DNA of 63,620 nucleotides, counting the filler, from Myxococcota bacterium (GTDB lineage Bacteria; Myxococcota; Myxococcia; Myxococcales; Myxococcaceae), in NCBI GenBank assembly GCA_049322255.1. It is 5 parts of 5 records of this genome, joined end to end, with 100 filler letters (N's around TTAATTAATTAA, not from the genome) between each part and the next. Parts side by side here need not be neighbours in the genome. Positions count along the whole stretch, not along the records: positions 1 to 14,961 come from JBMORE010000104.1; positions 15,062 to 29,718 come from JBMORE010000106.1; 3 more parts are not named here. One strand, 5' to 3'. The stretch's first letter is position 1, and each line of letters starts with the position of its first letter. Positions 7,852 to 16,314 of this stretch are shown here, in pieces. The notes beneath the pieces are model-generated. The model was not told where the DNA came from, ran no database searches, and worked only from the letters and a program-made list of their open reading frames with translations. A program made the position numbers and the translations under genes.

Positions 7852-9149
7852 GGCCTGCGGCCAACCCCGTAGTAGGTGAAGCCCTTCTCCTTCATCAGCG
7901 CGGGGTCGTAGACGTTGCGGCCGTCGAACACCACCGGTTGCTTCAACAAGGACTTCATGCGCTCGAAATCCGGGTGGCGGAAGTCATTCCACTCGGTGAC
8001 CAAGAAGAGCGCGTCGGCTCCCTCGAGGACCTCGTACGGATTGGGGGCGTAGCGCACCCGATCGCCAAAGCGCCTGCGCGCCACCGCTTCAGCCACCGGG
8101 TCGTGCGCTTGCACCCGGGCTCCCTTGCCGAGCAACCCTTCGATGAGGTCGATGGAGGGCGCTTCGCGCATGTCGTCGGTCTTCGGCTTGAAGGCGAGGC
8201 CCCACACCGCGAAGGTGCGCCCGGCCAGCTCTCCGAAGTGTTTCACCGCCTTCTGGAGAAGGAGCTTCTTCTGCCGCTCGTTGGTGCGCTCCACCGCACG
8301 CAGTAGGTCGAGCTCCAGGCCGCTTTCGCGGGCGGTCGCCACCAGCGCTTTGACATCTTTTGGGAAACAGCTCCCGCCGAAGCCTACCCCCGGGAAGAGA
8401 AAGGGGTAGCCGATGCGCCGGTCGGCGCCCATCCCTTTGCGCACGGCGTCGACATCGGCGCCCACCTTCTCGCAGAGAGCGGCGATGTCGTTCATGAAGC
8501 TGATGCGGGTGGCGAGCATCGCGTTGGCGGCGTACTTGGTCAGCTCTGCCGAGCGGGTGTCCATGTGGAGAATGGGGTTCTCGGTGCGCACGAAGGGCGC
8601 GTAGAGCTCGCCCATCAGCTTGCGCGCGCGCTCCGAGCCGGTGCCGATGACCACCCGGTCGGGCTTTAAGAAGTCGTCGAGCGCCGCGCCCTCTTTCAAG
8701 AACTCGGGGTTGGAGACCACGTCGAACTCGATGCTGGTAACGGCAGCAATCTCCGCCCGCACCTTGTCGGCGGTGCCCACGGGGACGGTGCTCTTGTCCA
8801 CCACCACAGTGTACTGGCGCATCGCCTGGCCGATTTGGCGGGCGCCGGCGAGCACGTACTTCAAGTCGGCATCGCCCGACTCACCCTCGGGAGTGCCCAC
8901 GGCGATGAACACCACCTGCGCGCTTCCCACCGCTTCGGGCAGCTCGGTGGTGAAGGAGAGCCGCGATTCGCGGACGTTCTTCTTGATGAGCTCCTCGAGG
9001 CCAGGCTCGTAGATGGGAACCTGCCCGGCACGCAAGGCGGAGATTTTCTTCTCGTCGATGTCCACGCAGACGACGTCGTTGCCGGTGTCGGCGAAGCAGG
9101 TGCCCGCGACCAGCCCGACGTAGCCGGTTCCGATGACCGCAATCTTCAT
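7848..9149 (-). CDS. ugd: UDP-glucose 6-dehydrogenase
   Basis: GTGYVG, NPEFLKEG, GFGGSCFPKD, FKPKTDDMREAP. Confidence 0.95.
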   Translation of the reverse strand: MKIAVIGTGYVGLVAGTCFADTGNDVVCVDIDEKKISALRAGQVPIYEPGLEELIKKNVRESRLSFTTELPEAVGSAQVVFIAVGTPEGESGDADLKYVLAGARQIGQAMRQYTVVVDKSTVPVGTADKVRAEIAAVTSIEFDVVSNPEFLKEGAALDDFLKPDRVVIGTGSERARKLMGELYAPFVRTENPILHMDTRSAELTKYAANAMLATRISFMNDIAALCEKVGADVDAVRKGMGADRRIGYPFLFPGVGFGGSCFPKDVKALVATARESGLELDLLRAVERTNERQKKLLLQKAVKHFGELAGRTFAVWGLAFKPKTDDMREAPSIDLIEGLLGKGARVQAHDPVAEAVARRRFGDRVRYAPNPYEVLEGADALFLVTEWNDFRHPDFERMKSLLKQPVVFDGRNVYDPALMKEKGFTYYGVGRRP

Positions 9150-9164
9150 GGAAGACGGCCTATA

Positions 9165-9737
9165 TCAGCCCTCGAGCCACCACCGGGAGAGGTCGAGCTC
9201 CACCGCCTCAAAGGGCTCGATACGGGCCTTGGCTTCGCCGCCGTAGGTGCCCAGCAAACTCCAGATCGTTCCATCCAGACGGAAGACCTCGATCGTCTTT
9301 TCGTCCGGGGTCACCAGCCACACGTACACCACTCGCTCGCGCGCATAGACCGGGAGCTTCTTCACTCGGTCGAGTTGTCCGGTGCTGGGAGAAACCACCT
9401 CGCACACCCAATCGGGAGCCAGCTCGAAGGCGGGAACGGAGGGCATCGTGGGCATGCGCTCGCGACGCCAGCCGGCGAGATCGGGCACCAAGACGTCGCC
9501 GTGGAGGTGAAGCTCGGGCTCGTCGAGAATCCACCAGCCGCCGGGGCCGTGAGGGTCGCCGGGCTTGCGGTGGAACGGACCACCGAGGTCCACGCCCATC
9601 ATGGATGAAACATGCGCGTGCATCGATGCCGGCCGAGGCGACGCATACAGCTCGCCAGCCACGATTTCACCGACCACGTTGTCCGGAAGCTTCCGGAGAT
9701 CGTCGTACGTCGCTGGAGGTGACTTCATCGCTCGCAT
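9165..9737 (-). CDS. Uma2 family endonuclease
   Basis: GEIVAGELYASPRP...PDLAGW...APDWVCEVVSPST...DRVKKLPVYA; start at 9737 or 9728. Confidence 0.9.
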   Translation of the reverse strand: MRAMKSPPATYDDLRKLPDNVVGEIVAGELYASPRPASMHAHVSSMMGVDLGGPFHRKPGDPHGPGGWWILDEPELHLHGDVLVPDLAGWRRERMPTMPSVPAFELAPDWVCEVVSPSTGQLDRVKKLPVYARERVVYVWLVTPDEKTIEVFRLDGTIWSLLGTYGGEAKARIEPFEAVELDLSRWWLEG

Positions 9738-9793
9738 CGAAAGTGAGTCTACTCCGGGCAGCTCGCCACTGGCACGCCAGGCCCCCAAACCAG

Positions 9794-10711
9794 CTAACGC
9801 CCTCCCGTCAACAGCCGGCGCAGGCGATCGCTTCCCCGCACAGTGTGCATCTTGCCCAGCTCGCACGCCGGACCGACCACCATGCGATTCAGGAGCGCAC
9901 GGGTGGGGGCACGCAACGAGGGCTTGGCGTCGGGGAGTCCCTCGAACAGCCGCTCGGCGATGGCGAGGGAGGCATGAAGGGCCCGCTCCAGGCGCCAGAC
10001 CTTGACGCGCGCGTGAAGCTTCGCGACATCCGGGGGGCGGGAGTAAGGGCCACCGAGCGATGGAGCGCCCAAGAGCAGCTCTCGCAAATCAACGAAGGAG
10101 AGCATCGGCACCTCGTAGCCTTGGCGGGCGTGGAACAGACACAACGCCAAGAGCGCGTCCTCCAAGTCGAGGCGAAAGACGTTCGGGCCGAAGACCTTCA
10201 TCGGAAGGACGCGTAAGAAAACTTCGGGCGGCAGAAGGGAGGTGAACAGGCGGATTTCGGTGCGCCCATCGGAGAGGACGGAAGGACCGGTGCGGCGAAA
10301 GTCGCTCTTTTCGAGCAGCGTGACGACTCGGGGCACGTCTACGTCGGCGAGGAGAAGCTCCAAGTCCAGCACCGGGCGGAAGGCGATGTGCGGGTAGAGC
10401 GCCTCGGCGAAGGAGGCTCCTCCGAGGAGGATGACCTTCGCCCCCTCCAGCTCGTCGATGGCGCGCTTGAAGTTGACCAGCTTCATCACGTTGTCGTTGA
10501 GCGTGCCCTGGTAGACCGAGAGCAGCCGGTCCTTCGCCCAGGTAGGAGCGCCCGCGCCGCCCAGGCGGTACTCGAGGTTGTAGGCCGCCAATGGGGCCAG
10601 CCCCTGCGCGATGGCCCAGTCGACGTACACCTCCCAAGGAGCGCAGGAGAGGTCGATGCGCGGCGGGTCGAAAGAGGCGAGCACCCGGAAGGTATCGAGC
10701 AGGGAGAGCAC
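9794..10711 (-). CDS. Nucleotidyltransferase family protein (NTP_transf_5-like)
   Basis: LLGGASFAEALYPHIAFRPVLDLELL; HARQG...FVDL. Confidence 0.8.
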   Translation of the reverse strand: MLSLLDTFRVLASFDPPRIDLSCAPWEVYVDWAIAQGLAPLAAYNLEYRLGGAGAPTWAKDRLLSVYQGTLNDNVMKLVNFKRAIDELEGAKVILLGGASFAEALYPHIAFRPVLDLELLLADVDVPRVVTLLEKSDFRRTGPSVLSDGRTEIRLFTSLLPPEVFLRVLPMKVFGPNVFRLDLEDALLALCLFHARQGYEVPMLSFVDLRELLLGAPSLGGPYSRPPDVAKLHARVKVWRLERALHASLAIAERLFEGLPDAKPSLRAPTRALLNRMVVGPACELGKMHTVRGSDRLRRLLTGGR

Positions 10712-10721
10712 GATCGGCCAT

Positions 10722-10892
10722 CTACTGTGTGCGCTTCACCCAATACCCCGGTTTCCGCTTCACGTGGGCGAACGCGAGCACCCGAACATCAAGCCCATCG
10801 ATTCGATAGAAAATCACGAACGGAAACCGTCGCAGAACTGCAGCGGTCACGTGCCCAGCCGCGAGAGAATTCGCGCCCGGACCTCGGCCCAT
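10722..10892 (-). pseudogene. RelE/ParE toxin C-terminal remnant
   Basis: Reads ...VLRRFPFVIFYRIDGLDVRVLAFAHVKRKPGYWVKRTQ*; in-frame TGA just upstream; N-terminal half absent. Confidence 0.75.
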
Positions 10893-10966
10893 TCAGGTGC
10901 CGAAGTACCTCCAGAACCTGATCGACCTTTTGCGACATGTTTCAAACGATGGGCTTCGTCTCGGAC

Positions 10967-11317
10967 TTAGTCAAGGTATCGCGCTCCCGCCGACTCGGCC
11001 GAGGAGTTGGCCCATCCCCTGGAACAGGGCGACGAGCGCTTGCGCCGCTTCGGGAGGCGCTTGAGACGGGCGGCGACCACGACCCCACCCTTCTTGGCAG
11101 AGGCCAGCCGGCGAAGCAGCGCCTCCAGGGCGGCCCGGCGAACGGGGAAATCGGCGCCCACGGTGACATCGAGGGCCTGGCGGGCGAGCAACTCCGGAGC
11201 AAGGGGAGCCGTCTTCCCCTTCGCCAGGTCGCGGAGCACCTCGAAAGCTTCTGCGTCGGTCGGCGCGCTGGTGGGTTGGGCCACCGTCAGAGCCGTGGCG
11301 ATTTCGGATGGTGCCAT
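10967..11317 (-). CDS. Hypothetical protein, possibly frameshifted near 11055
   Basis: GGAG RBS upstream of ATG; coding-like codon bias shifts frame in the tail. Confidence 0.5.
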   Translation of the reverse strand: MAPSEIATALTVAQPTSAPTDAEAFEVLRDLAKGKTAPLAPELLARQALDVTVGADFPVRRAALEALLRRLASAKKGGVVVAARLKRLPKRRKRSSPCSRGWANSSAESAGARYLD

Positions 11318-12375
11318 GTCTTTTTCTCCCCTCGAAGAAAACGGGCGCGGTGCTTACCATGCCGGGCTGACATTGCACGGCGGAGAGCGCGAAGAGCTCC
11401 CTCTGCCGAGTGCCGCGCCATGTTGGGAAGCGAGTCGGCGAGCAGGGTACGCACGGCGAAGGCGGGAAGCTTTTTTTGCGCCAGCGAGGCGGAGACCAGA
11501 CGTTCTTCGGTGAAGGCAGCGGCGACGAGAATGTTTCGCCATCTCGAGGGGCTCAAGCCGTCCATCAACCGCCAAGGCACTGGAAAATGGAGCGCCGTCT
11601 GCAGCGCGGTGAGCGCCGCGAAGACCGCTCCCGACATCCCCACTTCCTGGGCGAGCTCCACCACCCGCTGTTCGTTCAGAGGACGTCCAAGGAGAAACTT
11701 CAAGTCCACCAGCCAGCCCAGACGAAGGAAGCAGTGCTGGGCCGCGTGGGCACCGAGGTAGACCAGCTCGTCTTCCGGGGTGAGGTAGCGGACTTTTCGG
11801 CCCTCGAGGGTGCCTTCCACCGTGCGCGCGCGCTCCATCGCCGAGCCGAAGCCCGCGATGGGGCGGAAGTGGAGCTCGAGCAGCCCCGCGGGGCCGTGAA
11901 AGCCCAGGTGGTGATGGTGGGCGAACGGGTCGTCTTCTCCTGGGTCGTCGTGACGGGTGAGGCCGAGCTTCATCGCCACCCGGGTGGCCGCGGGGAGCTC
12001 GTGCTCGTCGACGAGGAGGTCGACATCGGAGCAGGGGCGCAAGAGCGGCTCCGGCCAGTAGCGGGAGGCGAAGCCGTAGCCCTTGAGGAGCACCGGGGTG
12101 ATTCCCTCCTCCCCCAGAGCGTCGAGCGCCTGAAAGAGAAGCCTGCGAAGCTTCATTCCCGTCGCCGCAATCGCCAGCGCGTGCTTGCGCAAAACCTCCC
12201 TCTCCCTCTGAGAGAGGGCCGGGGTGAGGGGCACGTTCTCCAGAGCCCGCATCACCAGCCCCGAGAGCCCGTGCCGCTCCGCCGCGCGCACCAATTCGCC
12301 GCCGTCGAAGCTGCCCGGTGCCTGGGGTAGCTCGTCAGGAGGAACACGAAGAACGGTCAGGAGCGGGTGCGTCAA
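11287..12375 (-). CDS. Nucleotidyltransferase family protein (NTP_transf_5-like)
   Basis: PVLLKGYGFASRYWPEPLLRPCSDVDLLV, LELHF, HAAQH...WLVD; TTG start overlaps the epimerase stop. Confidence 0.85.
   Translation of the reverse strand: MTHPLLTVLRVPPDELPQAPGSFDGGELVRAAERHGLSGLVMRALENVPLTPALSQREREVLRKHALAIAATGMKLRRLLFQALDALGEEGITPVLLKGYGFASRYWPEPLLRPCSDVDLLVDEHELPAATRVAMKLGLTRHDDPGEDDPFAHHHHLGFHGPAGLLELHFRPIAGFGSAMERARTVEGTLEGRKVRYLTPEDELVYLGAHAAQHCFLRLGWLVDLKFLLGRPLNEQRVVELAQEVGMSGAVFAALTALQTALHFPVPWRLMDGLSPSRWRNILVAAAFTEERLVSASLAQKKLPAFAVRTLLADSLPNMARHSAEGALRALRRAMSARHGKHRARFLRGEKKTWHHPKSPRL
12198..12231 (+). repeat. REP-like palindrome, copy 2 (inside a CDS)
   Basis: CCCTCTCCC-tct-GAGAGAGGG-ccggggtgagggg; encodes PLTPALSQRERE on the minus strand. 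Confidence 0.8.
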
Positions 12376-13367
12376 TCTTCCAACCACACCGGAGGCAGCT
12401 TCTCCATCACCTCGATGTGGGTGAACCGGCCGGTCTTGGTCACTCCGCGCTGTTTGGCCCAGGCCCACATCTTCGAGATTCCGTCTTTGAGCGACGTCGT
12501 CTTCGGCTTACCGAAGACTTCGTGAACGCGTGAATGGTCCGAGTAGGCATGCAGCACTTCGTTCCGCGCCTGAACGTGGCGGAGGTCGACCGTCGACCCC
12601 GTCACCTGAAGAACGGTCTCGGCCAATTGGTTCACCGTGTACACCTCGTCGCCACCCACGTTGAAGACCTGGTTGCGCGCCTTCTCCACCTCGATGGAGC
12701 TCGCCATCACCGGAATGATGTCGCCCACGTAGCTGAACGCGCGGGACTGCTTGCCGTCACCGAAGACCGTGAGCGGCTTGGCCGACATCACTTGGTTCAT
12801 GAAGATGCCGACGACGTTGCGGTAGCGATCGCCGAGGTTCTGGTACTCGCCGTACACGTTGTGCGGCCGGAAGATGACGTAGTCGAGCCCGAACATGTGC
12901 TGCGCCGCCGCCAAGTCCTGCTCCACGGCGAGCTTGGCGATGCCGTAGGGGTCTTCCGGGCGTGGCATCTGGCTCTCGCGAAGCGGCAGCTCTCCCGCCC
13001 CGTACACGGCAATCGAAGAGGTGAACACGAAGCGCTTCACCTTGCCTCGAACCGAAGCGTTGACGAGGTTGACGCTGCCAATCAGGTTGTTGGTGTAATT
13101 GAACCGCCGGATGAAATGACTCAAGCCCTCCGCGGCATACGCCGCGAGGTGGAACACGTAATCGAACCGATGTTTCTCGAAGAGCGAATCGATCAGGGCA
13201 TGGTCGGTGATGCTGCCCACCGTCAGCTCCGCGCGCGCGTCGACGTTCTCTTTGAAACCTCCGCTCAGGTCGTCGAGCACCACGACCTTGTGGCCCCGGT
13301 TCAACAGCTCTCGTGTCAGGTGCGCACCGATGAAGCCGGCACCTCCGGTCACCAAGCTCGTGTTCAT
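12372..13367 (-). CDS. NAD-dependent epimerase/dehydratase (GalE-like)
   Basis: TGGAGFIG, YGIAK (YxxxK), RPHNVYG. Confidence 0.92.
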   Translation of the reverse strand: MNTSLVTGGAGFIGAHLTRELLNRGHKVVVLDDLSGGFKENVDARAELTVGSITDHALIDSLFEKHRFDYVFHLAAYAAEGLSHFIRRFNYTNNLIGSVNLVNASVRGKVKRFVFTSSIAVYGAGELPLRESQMPRPEDPYGIAKLAVEQDLAAAQHMFGLDYVIFRPHNVYGEYQNLGDRYRNVVGIFMNQVMSAKPLTVFGDGKQSRAFSYVGDIIPVMASSIEVEKARNQVFNVGGDEVYTVNQLAETVLQVTGSTVDLRHVQARNEVLHAYSDHSRVHEVFGKPKTTSLKDGISKMWAWAKQRGVTKTGRFTHIEVMEKLPPVWLED

Positions 13368-13386
13368 GACTGCTTCCGTAGCCGCT

Positions 13387-14874
13387 CTACTTTCGCAGCG
13401 CAACTACCCGATCGGGATCCGCCGCTTCCAAGGCGAAGAGACGAGCTGCCGTCTCTCCGATGGAATCAGCCACCAGCTCGAGGGCGAGCTCTTCGTCGCG
13501 ATTGACCTCGGACCGTCCGTCACACCAACTCATGGAGATGAAACCGACCGGCCGTTGAGTCACACGAATCTCCAGCCGCACCTCCAACGGAACCGCCGAT
13601 CCCGACGGTCGCGTCGTGGAGAACGAGAACCCCTCCCCCCCGCCATCGCTCCCGCGCTGGAGCGCCAGCTCCAGCTTGGCCGCGTCCATCACGCCCGCCA
13701 GTGGCGCAATCGCCGCCCAGATGTCCGTGAGCTGTTCCGCCGTTCTCACCGCTTCGATGACATTCTTCACCATCGCGCGCAGCTCGACGTTCCTTTTCCT
13801 CGCCTCGTTCACCGCCAACACCTGCTTCGGAGTGAGATAGCCAAGCTTGCGCATGAGCACGATGATGACGATCGCCATGCCGGCGAGCAGCATGGCGCTC
13901 TGAGCGCTGTTGGCGAAGCTCAACCCGAGAGCGGTGAGACCGAACAGGCAGCAGAGGGCGTAGAGGACCAGCACCGCGTTGCGGTGGGACAGGTGCACCC
14001 GGCTCATCAGCCGGTGGTGAATGTGCTCCTTGTCGGCGCTGAACATCGGCCGCCCCAGAAGCGTTCGCCGTACCATGGCCAACAACGTGTCCATGATGGG
14101 CAGCCCCAAGGAGATGACGGGCACCAGAATCGCCACCGCCGTTCCGCTCTTGGTCGATGTGACCACGGAGGTGATGGCGAGCACGAAGCCCAGGAACATG
14201 CTCCCGGTGTCGCCCATGAAGATGGACGCCGGGTTGAAGTTGAACACCAGGAACCCGAGGATGGCGCCCCCGAGCGCAGCCATCATCAGGCACATCAAGA
14301 TGTCGCCCCGGGTCGCAGCGAGGGCGAAGTTGGTGGCAACGGCGAAGAAAGCGACTCCACCCGCAAGCCCGTCCAGTCCGTCGATGAGGTTCATCGCGTT
14401 CACCACGCCGACGATCCACAGCACGGTGAACGGAAGAGAGAACACCCCGAGCTGGAGCGGGGCTCCGAACGGGTTGGCCAGGACTTCGATGCGCGCGCCC
14501 AGTTGGTAGAGCGCGAACGCCACCGCGCATTGCACGGCGAACTTGAGCGGAGCCCCCGCGCCGCGCAGGTCGTCATAGAGGCCGAGAAGCGCGATCGCCA
14601 GACCTCCGATGAACAGCCCCCACACCAGCTGCGTCGCCGCCTGAAACGTCTCGCCGACGAAGGAGTCGACCCAGAAGAGCCCGAGCAACGGCGCGAAGAA
14701 GCCACCGACGATGGCGACGCCCCCCAAGCGCGGAATCGGCGCGCGGTGCACCTTCCGGCTGCTTCTTGCCTGGTCCAACCAACCGAAGCGGTGCGCGAAG
14801 TGGCGCACGACCAGGGTGAGGGCGGCCCCCACCATCAGCGCAACGAGGAAGGCGACGAAATAGGTGATCGGCAT
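13387..14874 (-). CDS. WecA/MraY-family (PNPT) undecaprenyl-phosphate sugar-1-P transferase with C-terminal extension
   Basis: GLYDD, NAMNLIDGLDGLAG, FMGDTGS and DKEHIHHRL motifs. Confidence 0.9.
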   Translation of the reverse strand: MPITYFVAFLVALMVGAALTLVVRHFAHRFGWLDQARSSRKVHRAPIPRLGGVAIVGGFFAPLLGLFWVDSFVGETFQAATQLVWGLFIGGLAIALLGLYDDLRGAGAPLKFAVQCAVAFALYQLGARIEVLANPFGAPLQLGVFSLPFTVLWIVGVVNAMNLIDGLDGLAGGVAFFAVATNFALAATRGDILMCLMMAALGGAILGFLVFNFNPASIFMGDTGSMFLGFVLAITSVVTSTKSGTAVAILVPVISLGLPIMDTLLAMVRRTLLGRPMFSADKEHIHHRLMSRVHLSHRNAVLVLYALCCLFGLTALGLSFANSAQSAMLLAGMAIVIIVLMRKLGYLTPKQVLAVNEARKRNVELRAMVKNVIEAVRTAEQLTDIWAAIAPLAGVMDAAKLELALQRGSDGGGEGFSFSTTRPSGSAVPLEVRLEIRVTQRPVGFISMSWCDGRSEVNRDEELALELVADSIGETAARLFALEAADPDRVVALRK

Positions 14875-14961
14875 ACCGCGAAGACGACCCGACCCTCACT
14901 CGATGGGTAGGGAATGATCCAGTCTTCGCCGGAAGGCCAGCAACGTCAACACGACCCCGAC

Positions 14962-15061
14962 NNNNNNNNNNNNNNNNNNNNNNNNNNNNNNNNNNNNNNN
15001 NNNNNTTAATTAATTAANNNNNNNNNNNNNNNNNNNNNNNNNNNNNNNNNNNNNNNNNNNN
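14962..15061. other. Artificial contig linker
   Basis: N-run + TTAATTAATTAA + N-run. Confidence 0.99.
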
Positions 15062-15287
15062 TTGTGCATGGCATCTCGGCGGCCCAGCGAGACACATCGA
15101 GGCACAGGCAATCCTGGGCGCCAGGCGCGACTTCCTCGTTCGCGAGTACGCAACGGTGACCTGCGCGGGTATGCGGCGCAGCTATCTCCTGGACGGTCCC
15201 AAGCTCTCGCTCTGCCCCGACACCTGCGACGCCCTCGGGCGTGACGGCTTTGGCGAAGTCGAGGTGCACATCGAATGTGACCGGTGA
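15062..15287 (+). CDS. 3' end of a Cys-containing secreted protein (resembles myxobacterial vWA-lipoprotein tails)
   Basis: Open frame ...YLLDGPKLSLCPDTCDALGRDGFGEVEVHIECDR* (TGA 15285-15287). Confidence 0.5.
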
Positions 15288-15406
15288 GCCCTACTCTGGG
15301 TGGAGGCAACAGCACACTCCGGCCACTGATACGTCGCGGGGAGCTCGACTTGTCCTAATGCATTGCTGCGGCTAATAGATAGCTGGTCGATTGCCAACAG
15401 GTCCTT

Positions 15407-16297
15407 ATGCAACTCGAGTCTCTCAAGATGTACTGCGATGTGGTGGAGACCGGCTCCTTCTCCCGCGCGGCGCAGCTCAACCACGTCACCCAGAGCGCGG
15501 TGAGCCAGCAGATTCGCGCGCTGGAGAACCGCTACGAGCAGAAGCTGCTCTCCCGCTCGGCGCGGCAAGTCACCGCCACTCCGGCGGGCGAGCGGCTGTA
15601 CCGCGGCTGCAAGGAGGTGCTCTCCCGCTTCTTGGAGGTGGAGCAGGAGATTCGCGAGCAGTCGGCACAGGTGCAAGGCACCTGCACGGTGTCGACCATC
15701 TATTCGGTGGGGCTGCACGAGCTGCAGAGCATTCAACGGGCGCTGCTCAAGTCACACCCCAAGGTGAACATGCGGCTCAACTACCGCCGCAGCGACCAGG
15801 TCTACGACGACGTCATCCTGGGAGCGGCGGAGATTGGCCTGGTCGCCTACCCGCAGCCACGCGCCGGGGTCGATGTGCACCCTTGCCGCGACGACAAGCT
15901 CACCTGGGTGTGCGCCACCAGCCACGCACTCGCCCGCAAGCACAAGGTGTCGCTGGCGCAGGTGGCTGACCTCCCCTTCATCACCTTCGACCGTGAAGCG
16001 CCCACCCGCAAGGCGATCGACAAGCTCTTCCGCGAGAAGGGCCTGTTCCTCGAGCCAGTGATGGAGTTGGACAACGTCGAGACCATCAAGCGCGCGGTGG
16101 AGCTGGGGCTGGGGGGCGCGGTGCTTCCGGCGGCCACCGTGCACCACGAGGTCTTGGCGGGCACCCTTTTGGCCAAACCTTTCACCGATGGCACTTTCAC
16201 CCGGCCGATTGGCATTCTCTTACGCAAGGGCAAGTACCTCGACCGCGCCTCCCAGGCTGTGCTGGAGGTGCTCAAGACCGCCCAGTGGGAAGAGTGA
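15407..16297 (+). CDS. LysR family transcriptional regulator
   Basis: ETGSFSRAAQLNHVTQSAVSQQIRALE HTH plus substrate-binding domain. Confidence 0.95.
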   Translation: MQLESLKMYCDVVETGSFSRAAQLNHVTQSAVSQQIRALENRYEQKLLSRSARQVTATPAGERLYRGCKEVLSRFLEVEQEIREQSAQVQGTCTVSTIYSVGLHELQSIQRALLKSHPKVNMRLNYRRSDQVYDDVILGAAEIGLVAYPQPRAGVDVHPCRDDKLTWVCATSHALARKHKVSLAQVADLPFITFDREAPTRKAIDKLFREKGLFLEPVMELDNVETIKRAVELGLGGAVLPAATVHHEVLAGTLLAKPFTDGTFTRPIGILLRKGKYLDRASQAVLEVLKTAQWEE

Positions 16298-16314
16298 GGG
16301 CGAAAACGGGCGCC

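Noticed and set aside
9794..12375. Lasso-peptide cluster suggested by NTP_transf_5 genes
   Set aside because: No PqqD/RRE, B2 peptidase, asparagine-synthetase-like cyclase or precursor is present
15340..15406. Possible LysR T-N11-A operator
   Set aside because: The motif is too degenerate and there is no divergent target gene to support it
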